Positions 21,349 to 35,400 of a DNA stretch of 64,000 bases are shown here, one piece after another. The DNA is taken from positions 2,418,001 through 2,482,000 of the forward strand of contig CM035356.1 in NCBI GenBank assembly GCA_020137815.1, in the 5' to 3' direction. The translations under genes were made by a program, and so were the position numbers. The notes below the pieces were generated by a model, which had not been told where the DNA came from, did no database searches, and saw only the letters and a list, made by a program, of their open reading frames with translations. Every line of letters begins with the position of its first letter. Positions within the stretch are counted from its first letter, which is position 1. This DNA is from Hormiphora californensis (Eukaryota; Animalia; Ctenophora).

Positions 21349-23512
21349 TCAAAAGCACAGGAATTTGATAGCTCCGCTCCTCTTCGCACATCGACACACC
21401 TTACTATCGCTCTGTGGGAAGAGACGCGTTAGAAAACAGAGTGATTTTGTTACTGTTCGAGTAGATATTAAAGTGTTAGAGCAAATACAGGGTGTCCCAT
21501 ATATTCTGTGGGTCGGTTGGCGAGCTGTCACGCAAAAACGGTGATAGTTGTGTGAAAACAAACTACGGGAGTGTGCTGGATTAATTCCTTCCTAACTGAT
21601 GGCTTTGTTTTGAAATTAAATTTCAAAAGTTCATTTTTCATGAATGAACATTCCTGTCATTCATTCGTGAATTCTGAAATATTGTTTACCTTGAGTAAAA
21701 AACTTTTCTTTGGCTCGAAATTATCTTTCCAATGAGCACCATAAAAATCAAATTGAAGCACCGGATCGCATGGCAGGTGAGAAAATGCAAATGCATGATT
21801 TTGGCCATTCCTGCGACTTTCAATCAGCTGTATCACCGCTACTTTCAGTTCAATCCTTTTAAAAGTTTGGGTGAACATTGGTGAAGATAAGATCTTTGCT
21901 CACAAGAAAAATCAAGGTCAAAACTCAAAGTTCATTTTTCATATTTGGTAGTTCATTCCACTCATTCAGGAACAAACATCCCTAAGGTGACGAAAAGGTT
22001 TGGGTTTTGTTTGGCCCATGTCCTGAAACGACAGAGAGGTGTAAAAACGTGTTTCCGAGCTAGTTAGTGGGTGTCCATGTGATCATTATGATATCTGACA
22101 CCTTCGCTGAGCCATAATTAAGAGATTTTCTCAAATTCAAAAATGGGATACGAGTATTCTGCGATTGGTATCGTGCACCAATAACAAGAGATCCCATAGC
22201 ACCTCAAAAATTATGATTAGCTAAATGAAATGAGTTGATTAACGATTGAAAATGTTCGTTTAGTCCGACTTTACATTGGTTTTAATCTTTTCAATCGTAA
22301 ATCAACTCATTTCATTTAGCTAATCATAATTTTTGAGGTGCTATGGGATCTCTTGTTATTGGTGCACGATACCAATCGCAGAATACTCGTATCCCATTTT
22401 TGAATTTGAGAAAATCTCTTAATTATGGCTCAGCGAAGGTGTCAGATATCATAATGATCACATGGACACCCACTAACTAGCTCGGAAACACGTTTTTACA
22501 CCTCTCTGTCGTTTCAGGACATGGGCCAAACAAAACCCAAACCTTTTCGTCACCTTAGGGATGTTTGTTCCTGAATGAGTGGAATGAACTACCAAATATG
22601 AAAAATGAACTTTGAGTTTTGACCTTGATTTTTCTTGTGAGCAAAGATCTTATCTTCACCAATGTTCACCCAAACTTTTAAAAGGATTGAACTGAAAGTA
22701 GCGGTGATACAGCTGATTGAAAGTCGCAGGAATGGCCAAAATCATGCATTTGCATTTTCTCACCTGCCATGCGATCCGGTGCTTCAATTTGATTTTTATG
22801 GTGCTCATTGGAAAGATAATTTCGAGCCAAAGAAAAGTTTTTTACTCAAGGTAAACAATATTTCAGAATTCACGAATGAATGACAGGAATGTTCATTCAT
22901 GAAAAATGAACTTTTGAAATTTAATTTCAAAACAAAGCCATCAGTTAGGAAGGAATTAATCCAGCACACTCCCGTAGTTTGTTTTCACACAACTATCACC
23001 GTTTTTGCGTGACAGCTCGCCAACCGACCCACAGAATATATGGGACACCCTGTAGTAGCAGAGAATCAGAGAAAATCTCGTAATTGTCCCGCGGGGGCCC
23101 AACTAAAAGGTTGAAAAAAATGTTCGATATAAAAGCCAGCTAATCAGAAGAATTATATGTTATAAGCTGGGGGAAATGAAGTGTGTAAGTTCGGTACCTG
23201 TATGACTGAGTTGATGGGGTAGAACTTTCCAGCAGGGCTGGTACACCCCTGTTGTTGTGAGGCCGCCACTGGCTGGTAGTTCCTTGCTGCGTGGGCCCGA
23301 CTCTAGGTGAATAATGGTTAATAAACCTAATTTAGTAATTTGGGTCCTGATAATTCATAATACTGCAGAGTGAAGGAGCTAAAATCTTGATATGTTGTTA
23401 CCTTGAGGTTTAGTTGAAAGGCAGAGTCTCCGTTTGTTATTCGTCCAGCGAGACTGAGGGAAACAAGGACGCACAGGACAGCTGCAATCATCAAAACACA
23501 TCGGTTCATCAT
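21349..23512 (-). CDS. Small secreted 4-Cys peptide precursor, 92 aa, 3 exons (23512-23402, 23302-23198, 21411-21349)
   Basis: Spliced product MMNRCVLMIAAVLCVLVSLSLAGRITNGDSAFQLNLK|SRAHAARNYQPVAASQQQGCTSPAGKFYPINSVIQ|SDSKVCRCAKRSGAIKFLCF*. Signal-peptide-like N-terminus, canonical phase-0 introns. Confidence 0.75.
21488..23052. mobile_element. 1565-bp palindromic Tc1/mariner-type MITE in intron 2 of the peptide gene
   Basis: TA TSD, CAGGGTGTCCCA...TGGGACACCCTG termini, ~765-bp near-identical arms (mirror ORFs sum to 44540), ~35-bp spacer. Confidence 0.9.
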
Positions 23513-26500
23513 TATTATTTGGTAGCTAGGGGGCTAGATGAGGGATTAGATCGAGAACATACAGTATAGCAATTCACAAAACACCCCCTGAATTACAAAA
23601 CTCGAGAGGTGTGAAACTATGAAAGATATAACAGTACCTAGATAATGGGATTATGGGTGCATATATTTAATCACTGTAGACTCGGAACAGTTGCGAATTC
23701 AACTTTCAAGGCGTTATATAGAAATGGTCTGATATTGTGACACAATTCGAGTGACAACGCCCCTCTATTGTCTGCTTGTGACGACCATTATTACTTTAAT
23801 GACGATCAGAGTGGGAAGTTGTCAGCTCAAGGAAATTGCAAAAGTTTCGTAACGTCTGGTGGTAGTGTGGTGGTTTCATAAGAAAAGTTTGTAACTTCAA
23901 ATTCTGCATTACGAGACTGACCGAGCATTGGCCTGACTCTATTCTCGGAGCGTGCAAGAACGTTGGTCAGAGCATCGGCCTGACAGGTATGAGATGAAGT
24001 TTATAGGAAATGAGAAGAACTATATCAGAGACGTTAGTGTTACAAAATGAAATTGCAAAGCTAGAATTAGAAATATGACACACAACATTGTTATGCATTC
24101 CACTTTGAGAATTGTTGGGCAATTGCCCGACAATCCTCTCGATTACTAGGACACCACTGAGGAATGAATTAGTGTGGAGCTTTGTCCCTAAGCCCCGGAA
24201 GCAACAGGAAGGGAGTTCGATTGATTATGAAACATCGAGAGAGAAAACAGGCCACCCCAAATCTTTCGTTTCCTCCCCAAGGCCGTCATCTCTATCTCCG
24301 TCTCGCTCTCTCTCTCCCTCCGTCGTTCTCGACTTCTCTCTAACCTTCTTTCTATCTATCTCACACATCCGGAAATCTAGGCATATAATAGTAACGATGT
24401 GTGAGATTGCCAAAATCAGCTCGCCCCACCGCATCCCCAAATTACTCCTTTCCGCTTCAACCGCATGATTATAACCAAGTCCCAATAATATGTTTCTAAT
24501 TCGATGGTCGAATTGTTACACAAGCTATAGCTTCTAATAGCGGGACTGGTGGATATTGAAACTCTATATATCAGGATCCAATTTTGTAAATGGGCAAATA
24601 ACGAGACAAATAGTTGAAGTCTAACACGGTCGCTTGTAGTGGGAAAACGGTAATGGAAAAATGAGATACAGTAAGACGACACGCAACCGTGGCCAATCAG
24701 GGCGCTAGTACGTGCTGGACACATGCACATTTTACTGCGTGTTATGCAACGTGCGCGTCTCATTACTGTATTTCTATTATGGTAATACGACTACAAGCAG
24801 CACTGTAAGGAGACTCAAACAAAAAGGCGGTTTTGTAGTTGGACAAGTGTATTACAAAGTGCAAGTGATTCTGGAGCGCCATCCCAATATAAATGCTTTC
24901 CTAATCACGTGTTAATCACGAGGCAGCTGTGGTTCGGGACGTTCTGTTTACAAACGTCATTTCGCCTACGTCACACTCTCTCTCTCCCTCTCTCTTTCTC
25001 TCCCTCTCCACGTTCTACTTCTACCAGTCAGACAGAAAAGTGGAGAGAGAAAAAGAGAGATAAATACTGTGAACTAATGCCCTTGGCCTCTCCTGTGAGA
25101 AAGATAGTTATTAGTTGTGCAAGAGAGAGAGAAAATCAAACCACAAATGATAATTCCTGGTCAGCTATCAGATGTGTGGGAAATTGTGGGTGTGTCTCAC
25201 TGTCTCATTTTCTAGTCGCGTAGTCCGGAAAGATTAGGGGCCTATAATTATTACAGTTAGGACTTAGGATCGGTCTTTGCGTAACGAATGGGCGTGGGTT
25301 GGTTGTGACGTACCTAGTACGGGACTTGCTGAGTAATACGGAACAGCGCCATACCCCAATTTGATTCGACAGTGTCACAGTGCGCTCAGATGGGGTCGTG
25401 CCGCCAGACAGGGAACAGGGCGGATGATACATCGGTTAGTATCAAAACGTTTTCATGGTCATTGGTTCTATTAGCAATGCTTGTTGAGCCCCCTTACTTG
25501 ACAAAGCAAAGCTGGATAGATTATAAGTAAGAAGAAAAGTTTTTATGTATTTTAGAGAATTGAGTTGGCTTTAAAAAGGTCCTGAGAGGGTTCACGCGTG
25601 ATTTCTTGAGGCGAGACATCTGATTGGCTAATTGACGTCTGGCCAACCCTTGTTCATTTACAATTACATAGTGGGAGAGTTTAGTGGCTATCCTCTATAG
25701 TCTATGCTAGCCTGGTTATATCTTTTTGTTGTCTAAATTTGATGAATTAGTTGATGAAGTAGTTGTCCGTTGATGAAGTAGTTGTCCGTGAAGTAATGAA
25801 CTAATAAAAGTACTCCCTAGAAAAAAGTAGTAGCAGCCAGCAACCCAGTCCCCCATCATAGTTAGGTGGTGTCGGAAAATTCTGCAAATCTGGAGCTCTA
25901 GAACCACATAACCAGTTACGGAAAATTGCAGAATTGCAAAATTATGGGTTAACAACATTATATATAGGTTGACAAGGCTTTTAGGCTTTCTTTATTCTCC
26001 ACTCTCGCTATTATACGAGACTCGATTGTCAACTACTGACGAGAAACATGATAGAAACCCCGATGGATCTCTGTCTGGCGGCACCATTATTATATGGTGA
26101 CCATACCTCGTTTTGATTCTAAGTGCGCTCAGATCTTGTTGTACAGTGTACCGGTTACCCTCTATTACCGGGAAAGGGAAATAAGTGGATGTAATTTTTT
26201 AATTTGTTTGAGAAAGTTAAAAGCGTTATATTGTAAACCATGAAAAACTGTGTACCACTAAAAGATCACAACATTTATACCCTTTTTATCCAATAACTTA
26301 CGTCTCTCTCTTTGTCTCATTTGGGTTGTCATAAGGCGCTGGAATGAATCGCAAAACCTGACTGTCTCTTTTCACTTTTTTATAAGCCCCGGGCAATTAC
26401 AAAAAGACAGTCATACTAAATGAAAAGAGACAGTCAGGTCTTGGTCGCAACTCGCATAAAATCAGGACAGAGGTCGTTCTGGGTTGTTTATTTTCCCACG

Positions 26501-27054
26501 GTGTTGGTGCGCGGGAGCATGTTGCGCGCACCTCCTAACAGCTGAGTCACCGCGCATTCCAGCTACGACAACCCACGAGATATATTTACTGAACCTCATC
26601 AACAGATCAGTCACTTCTACTGTCACACAGTTACACACACATGGCACCCTCTACATTATAAAACAAATCTGGTCACACAGGAGGGCTTGTCATGGGGCGG
26701 AATAATTCGGGCACTATATCAAATTGTCTGTATCACCATTCCGGATTAAGCTCTGTATCAATTTCATTACGAATACGAACAAATACACACACAAACCAAC
26801 AGAAAACAACAAATACAAAAGTGTCTCTCGCTCATATCTCACTCTCTCATATCTCATGCTCTCACTCCCTCTCTCAATTGTTTTTTCTCTGACTCAGAAC
26901 ATAACTGTCTCTCAATCTCCCCATTCCAGTACCGTGCACCATTGCTCAGCAACGGACACATTAAAAACAATAACTCAGCTCTCTAATAAAACTGATATCA
27001 GTTCTCCCATGTTGAGTCCACACATGGGTTAATTGTTTAAAAAACAGTCAGATA

Positions 27055-29356
27055 CTACACAATCGTCTCATGCGTCATTGCTACAAAGACCTTGCCAGAC
27101 TCAAGTCCATGTCTAATGACATCACTGAGCCTCTTTTTGTTACTGTTGCTTGACGAACTAGTCGTCTTCTCTCGATAAGTTATCTCCAACAGTTCGGAAT
27201 CATCAGTCATCTTAACTACATAGGGACTCAACTCCTTAAGGTCGTCCAGTGCCTCACTTTGTGGCTCCTCGCTGGGAGTTGTCGAGGAGGTAGAGGTGGA
27301 GTAGGCGGATGTGGAGTAGAGACGCCATGCTAGGAATAGGAAGACATCGGAGAGAAGTTTAACTGAGATGAAGGCACCCGTCACTGAGTATATCAACCTG
27401 GAAAGGAAGGTGGGGGTTAGAGCTTGTACAATGAGGGGGCCGGGGGAGGGTTAGAGCAGGATAGTGTGTTGCGGGAGTCAGGGTTTCTATTTGGGAGGAG
27501 GGAGGATATTATTATATCATTTGCGAAGATGGTAGAGAAATCTAAATTCTGTCTCTGAGTAATATCAAGTCACCATCACAAATGCATATATTTGTGCAGA
27601 CAAATATTTCATTGCTATATTTTACCCCCAACGCCATGATACATGCGTGTATTGTGTATTCAAAACATCGGTGGTAAAACATTCTACAGCACGAATGACA
27701 GCGTCGCTATACCCCACACATAGAGAAATTGGGAGTGGGGAGAAATGCCGGGAACCAAGTCACATACACATATGGTCGTACTACTCCTTTCCCATTTGGC
27801 TGGTAAATACTTGCCTGCTTCTTCACAGGAACAAACACACCGCGGCCAAATCTATTCTCAATTAATGCTAATGGTCTATCCCACACCTCACCGCCATATT
27901 AATCCAAATCGGTGTTATTACATGAATTGCACATGAACATTTCTTTTAGTCACACAGAATAACAACCATCATTATTCCAAATAGTTACCCGCTAATATTA
28001 TCACTTGGTACTCATTATTCGGCGAGACTTGGCTGTGTGACTGTTTACAGTCCCAGATGAACAACCCAGACCAAACCAAACTCACTAGTCATTACCCCAT
28101 GTTCCCATTACAATCACACATAATAATACAGGACTACCCCATATATGTTATGTATAACTCACTTGGTAGTGTCGTGTTCCCAGCAGCTCCCAAAGCTACC
28201 ATCACAACCCCTCTGCCACACCGCACAAGCAGTATCAATAATGATACCAAACGCCACCGGGCCAGGGATAGTTCCAACAGTACGGAACAGCAGGTTTCTG
28301 ATACCATACGCCATCGCAAGATGCTCCGGGGACACAGACCTGGAGAGAGAGAGGAGGTATATGTTAGTTTGAGAGTAGCATACGGAGTAGCATACGGTCA
28401 TCAGTTAGAGAGAAGATGGGAATTCATTAGAGCTAGAAATCACCTCATTTCTATTTGCCGTAAGGTACGATTCTATATGGAATGATCACACAATATTGAG
28501 TTAAAGTGGAGCTAATGTAACTAGCAGAGTGAGTGTGATTCTAGATGTGAAATGGAGCTGAAGTACTATACAGCTGTGAGTGGAAGAAGAAGAAGAATTG
28601 AAGTGAGTGGAACGATGACTGATGAGTCAGGTGTTGTTATGTCCATTCAGAGATAGAGAGGGAGAGGCATAGAGGGGGGGGGGGTTGAGAGAGGTAGGCC
28701 CTCTATTTCATTATTATTGTTGTGTGGTAGGTAGCTTGGAACAAGGCCAAAACTCCCCCATGTGTGCTAGAAAGAGAGAGAAGCAATGGCAGCTGATATA
28801 TCACGAGGCCAGTACTTTGTGAAACATGATAATGAAGGGAAAAACATAAACCCATAAAATATGTTATTAGTGAAACGGATGGTTACTCTCTTGCTGATGG
28901 TAAGATTCCTAGCTAAATTGCGATCTCACCCTCGTTAATGAAACACATACCAATTATCTCTCCTTACTAAAAGTAAGGATCTCACTTCCTACCTGTTAAG
29001 TGCGAGCATACTGGCGGGTTGAGCTAGGAAACAGAAAAACAGGGTCAGGAATGCTGAGCCCAGGTAAACAAATGGGACATGTGATTTACAGGGTTGTTCA
29101 CATTTTCCATTAACTGCGTGTGTAGCGTTCTCAATGTTGATTATCATCTCGTCTGTAGAGAGGCAGGAACAGTTGGAAAACTTCTGAAAACACGGGAGAA
29201 CTGGTGTCAAAGGGGGTGGGGGGTGAGAGGGAGGGGGTGTTAAATTGCCGATTATGATATGTGGGTTGTACCACGCTCGAGACGACGTGGCTGTGTAACA
29301 GTGAAAGGAACATGCATGCGATGTGGGACGTTGAAGTGCTCCTAAAATTCCGAGAA

Positions 29357-29435
<79 letters not shown>

Positions 29436-32400
29436 GAGAGATAGAGAGTGATACTGCAAAGGTGTCTGTGTACATCTTCATGCTACTTTCAGTTTATTTA
29501 GAACCCTTACTCGATATTCTAGAGTGGTATGCTAACATATGCGAATAATTAGCATAAACCGGATATGTAACAATTTCCGTTTTTACACCCCCGCTCTTTG
29601 TGGTAAATCCCGCGCAATTTAGAACGCTTCATGCCTCAAGAATTTGAGATCTAGATGTTATATTATTGTTCAATGTTCAGAATAGATCTAATAAGATCAC
29701 ATCTTTTCAGAATATAGTTACACGTCCCTCTATGGCATTTTAACAGATGATGTTCCGAGTGAAGTAATAAAACAGTGAACAAAGGATACAGCTTACAATG
29801 ACTCTTCAATTCTAAAGAACTTGTGTTATGTTGTATGAAGGGGCCACATAATAGAAAAACTAACAGTGACCAATATTTTGTCAGTCACTGACTATCATGA
29901 TAACTTCAACTTACATAATATTTCTTGTCAATTAGTTCCCTGTGGGTGCATCCCGCGTGACATGGCGAGTAGAATGTAGTGTCTAGTCCACACACAGGAT
30001 CATAAACTTTAGGGCAGTTGCACTTGTCTGCACATACATTGACACTGTAGCCAGGATCCAGGGGGTGCATGGAGTCAATTATCAACCTGAAATCAAAACA
30101 ATACTGTCACTGCGTGTCCTAAAACGTAACACTTTTCAGTCACATACGGTTTTGTGTGTAAAAGAGGTTAGCATATGTGTGTGTGTAGGTGTAAGTCAAT
30201 TGGAGCTAGTCACATTATTGTCACTAATTGACTCAGGAAAATGCCGACACCCATTTCCTGGGACGTGTGTGAATGTGAAGTAGTGCTTTTCCGGGGTATA
30301 ACTTGAGTAACCCTGGAAATTAAATTAAAACAGACACAGACACCAGAACCTCTGACGGATAGCTAGTAACATACCGTCCTATATCATGGTAGTACATATC
30401 TAACTGTAACATGTATTATTACTTAACCTCTTGTTACTGTGACATCTAATACAATACTTACCCTCCTGAGCTGCTACTAGTATAATACAATGTTCTACTT
30501 ACCTTCCTGCTACTAGTATAATACAATGTGTTACTTACCCTCCTGCTACTAGTATACTGTATAATACAATGTTCTACTTACCCTCCTGCTACTAGTATTT
30601 TAATACAATAGTATTTTAATACAATACTAGTATAATATCACTTACCCTCCTGCTACGGAAGGCTCGCCCATCTCCACACCCGGACAGTGTAACAGCATAC
30701 CAAAGGAAGGAATGAAGCCACACATAGAAAAGAAGAAGGCATACTTGGCTGCTGACCTGTAACACGTTACATATATTGGGTTATATTCAGCTTAACATGA
30801 GACTCTCACCGTACTAACTAAAATAATTCTCGTTTTATCTATTCCTAACTTTCTAATTCCATAGTCTTTTCATTTCTCAATCCCTCTCCTAACTTCTAAA
30901 TTCTCGTTTTATCTTCCTAACTTTTCATGGTCTTATCATCAATTCCTAACTCCCCTATCTTCTCACCTGCCGGTCATTTTTAGTTTCTGAGCCATGAGAC
31001 CCCCAATTAGGTATCCTCCCCCTGCTGCTGTAACAAGCACAGATCCAAGGTAAAAACTGGCACGGGATGGTTCAAACCTGGAAGGGGAGAGAGGATTGGG
31101 TTAGGTTTGTTTTGTTCGTGGTGAGATCAGGATTGAGCAAAAAAACGTTAGTACACCATGGTGTGTGGTTCACAATGGTTTGTGAAATTCAGGTAGACAT
31201 TGTGAAATGAAGAGAAAATGAAGAGAAGAAAGCATATTCACATCATCATGAGAGTGCTAGGTTACATACGAACACACACATGGTACATCTCATCCCTCAC
31301 TCTATGATACACCGGACATGCCCATCCACCCCTCTCCCTCTCCAGTCCCCTCATTTGGGTTGTTGTTATTTTAACCCACTGTTCCCATAGTGCACCTCAG
31401 GAAGTGGATATATTACAGTGCTGGGGAACGTAACCCCCCTGTGCTACATCCCTCACGGGGCTGGGACAGCGAAGAAGAAGCAGTGTGGAGAAATGGAGAA
31501 ACTTGCCAGTCTGTCATTCCAGCTCGCGTAATCTTGGTGAAGTAACCCTAACGTGACAGATGCGAAGCTCAGCCCTCTACAATTTTAACAGACAAACCAT
31601 ACGTCATTTAGTTAACGCCCATACCCCCAAAATATATTTCTTATCTGGCCGGACCGCACGCTTTTTAAAACAAGGGGAGGCTTGTAGGGAGTTATCAACG
31701 GGAAGTATGATTGTCGAGAAATTTACCCTTCGCCCAATGTGTAATTTGATTTATACAGCTGAGCTCTGAAATCACCCTCTCAATGCGACTCCATGTCACC
31801 CCTCCTTGTATAATAGTGTAGTAGTACAATTGTACATGAGTGTACAACTGTACACATTCGTGACGTCACACAATCACATGATACAATAAATTGTGTTGAA
31901 TACAATACAATACAGTACAACACTAACATTGGGGGACACTGTTATATGCAGAGATCATAGCTAGCACTAAACTTACTTTAGTCCAATCTGCACCAGTTTA
32001 GGAAGGAATGTACACGCTCCTATCAGGAACCCAGTAAACGCCTGGGAGGGGTCAAATATTGGTTGTCTAGACATGTCTCGTAATCTGTGGACTATTGCCG
32101 TAAGTCTACGTGACTGCATAACGTCTCGCCCGGTTCGGAGAGGACACTCTTTTGTGAGACAAATGGACTAGAGAGTTGTACTGCATTCTACTACTGGTTA
32201 TAAAATCGCCCTATTACGCTGAGGGTTAATTTAACTAATTTCATTACCAACTCTACTTCAAAACTGTGACTAACACGTACCTGTGAGAGGGTACAGCACA
32301 TGAAAGCCCCGTTGGAGAATAAAGTTTTGATGTCTGGCCAGAATTCATGTGCCATCTCCATAGGGGTCATCTTCTCTTTTTGCTTGTTATCTGACATCTC

Positions 32401-35400
32401 TGGGGATGCCAAACCTGGGAAGGGGATTGGTTATATGAGAGAGAGCGATTAGGATGGTAGGTATGGTATTCGGGACAAGAACGCTAGGTCTGAGACTAGG
32501 AGAGAACTAAACGATTGGAATTTGATTATAGCCTATACAGCCAGAGCACTCCTCCAGGATGCGCTATACGGATGAGGTGATTTGTGGGTAAGATCTGCTG
32601 AACCTCTAGGCGGCGTGAGAGCTACTTAATACTAGCAGCAGTAGAGCTAGGAAGGAACTAGAATTGCAGCTGCTGGAGCTAGTGAGTGATCTATGAATCT
32701 TTGTTACGTCATTTGCACCTCTGATCTCTCTAGAAGATTACAGTGCACAGCTCTGCAGAGATGAATGACCTTGAATATTATTGCAAGGTATCACTATCAC
32801 TACCCAAGTAGTACCAATTATAGTTTATAACCTCCCCTGCCTTGCCTAGCTCGACCCTCTATCCAGAAGTAAAGGAGGGTTAGAAATTAGAACATAACAA
32901 CCCCTTCCTACCTTCAGCTATTTTCATGGTCAGTACTTTATCTGCCTCAGGTAGTTTCCTTGGGAACATTAGGAGGGGTATGGCTGATAGAATGGCTGTT
33001 ACCCCCGCCATGATGAACCCAGTCCACCAGGCGCCCACCCAGTCTGGATGCATGGGGTCGAGACCATCGGGCTCCGAGAAATCCACGTAGAATCGCAACA
33101 TGAATCCTGGGTGGGGAGGGAGCATGGGTTAGTTGAGATCCAGGATATAACTATGTAGGTAACTGCAAGTAATGACTCATGGAGTACAGGGTGTCCCACT
33201 GTCACGCAAAGACAGTGGGACACCCTGTACATCAGTCAGAAAATCTTCCAACACTAACCTCCAAACGCGAACCCAAATATAGGACCCAGACAGCTCATAC
33301 TCCCCATGACCCCATAGTATCCCCCAACTTGGGAGGGCGGGAAGATCTCATCTAGGAAGGGTGGTCCGAGGGAGTTTATGGGTGTTCCACCCAGACCAAA
33401 TAGCAGTGCTCCAATAATGAAGATATAGTACCACCGAGAGGGCGAGTTTGCTGCTTCCTCTGAAAACAGAATATATCGGGTAGTTAGAAAAGAGTGTTTT
33501 GTATTTATTTTGAATGCTGTTCTATTATTAGAACCTCTCTCATCAAGGGATGGAGAAAAGATAGGATTTAGGGGAAATAGAGAGAGAGAGAGAGAGACGA
33601 TAGGTGGAGTGATCGTATGACAAACAATATCGATTGTCATGCAGGCCAGTTTAAACATATAGCTATGCATAACTAGCTAATTTAATCGGTTTTATAATCT
33701 TTGAAAATAAAGAATGACGCAAATCAGTGACCATACTCTAGCCTTTCAATTTCATAAAGAATGTTGAAAAAACAAAGAAACATCATTCATTCGGACTATT
33801 AGCAATGATGTGACTGACAGTACTGGCTAATGATAAACAAGTAACTCACCATCGGAGTTACAGTTAGTAACATTCAGGGGTGAGTTGTCAGCACTGCAAA
33901 GAGCACTGTCTGATCCGGGGATAATGCTCTTCCCCTCTGTTGAGGTTGTCTCTACCGGGGCTAGGGAACCACTGCCTGTTATCCTTACCCTGAGGGGGAT
34001 AGATGAGGTGTTACCATGGTAACCATGGAGTGGTAACATCCTGCAGGGGTTGCTAGAGAGGTTGCACGCAGCTTCTTGGATACTTCTAGAGGGGGGGGGG
34101 GTTCTTGTCCTGTTCTGATAGATTGCTTCACAGATCAATCAAACATTATCGTGCAGTAGGAGAATTAAAGAGAGAGAGAGAGAGAGCGAGTAACTGAGAG
34201 GATGTGTGTGACAGACAAACGTGTCACAAGAGTTTTATGAAACTTGGGTCTAATAGATTTCTGAGCACTCTCATTCTTCATTCTTCTTACAAATACGTAA
34301 GCATAAAGTATCTCACTGCATTTCTTTTAGAACATTACAAAGTTAAATTTCTGTAACTCGGTATGCTTGTAAGAATCAGCAGATTGTGTACGTGTGCTTC
34401 ACGTACGGCCGGTAGATGCTCCACATATTTACACGGACATGTCAAAACCGGAAAAAGAACATGCAGCTTAGAGAGAAGAAGATTTGTGAGTCTGTATGTG
34501 AGTTGAGAGGGGAACTCAGTTTCTTGATACTGAGACCCCTTGTTCTCTCTCTCATCACACACACACACACAGGAACAACATTGGAAGATGGAGTTCTGTT
34601 TTCTTGGAAGACTGCCAGAATAAGAAGTAACATGCAGTTATACACACCTGGATAAATCTCTCGCGGGGACTGTGAAAAATTTTCTGCGAAAAAGGTAAAA
34701 ATATGAACTAACGAAATCAAACACAACATGAATTGTTATTTCACACAACGATTAAAGCTAGATTCCACTTTCTAGTCCAGTGGAGTATGGAACAGTGGAG
34801 TATGGAACAGTGGGGGAACAGTGGGGGAACAGTGGGGGAACAATGCTAGCCCATTCATATAGTTACACTTACGTCTCAGTGAGATGAGGAATAGTAAATA
34901 TGAGCGCACCGACTCCCATCACAATAATTCCCAATCCGATCCACTTGGGCTTGTTGTGCCGACAGAAATGTGATATAAACATGACTGTTAGAGCACAGGA
35001 AATATCATAGGCATTGATAATAAAGGAACTCTTGGTGGAGGATAACTCGAACTGTTTCTCTATCGTTGAGAGGTTTACTGATATCTGGGAACGGGAAAGG
35101 GGTGTTATTTAATTCCTGGTAAAGTGCTCAACAGAATCTGGATTCTGGAGCTAAGTAAGTACGATGTTTCACGTATTACTTTGTGGTGTTATGGGATAGG
35201 TATGTGAAATCAGATTTTATTTTCTAACAATTCTTGTGCTCCTTCTATAATATTTTAAAACAAATCGTGTACTTCCCCTAATGCCCTACCATGGTATTGG
35301 TCATGTGATGAACAAGGAAGGCCAGGCAGAAGAAGGCGAAGAACCACTTGGCCGAGTTGAATTTCTGAAGGAAGTCTGGTCTGATGTTGAGGAGGCCACA

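Noticed and set aside
13925-22883. Duplicated small ORFs (62 aa x2, 73 aa x2; also 98 and 73 aa pairs in the foldback)
   Set aside because: Mirror images created by the palindromic arms, with no transposase or other domain motifs.
1092-23052. Palindromes as fold-back read or amplification chimeras
   Set aside because: Each has a distinct TSD, defined termini, a non-palindromic loop and some arm differences, and gene models continue correctly across them. Raw-read confirmation is still advisable.
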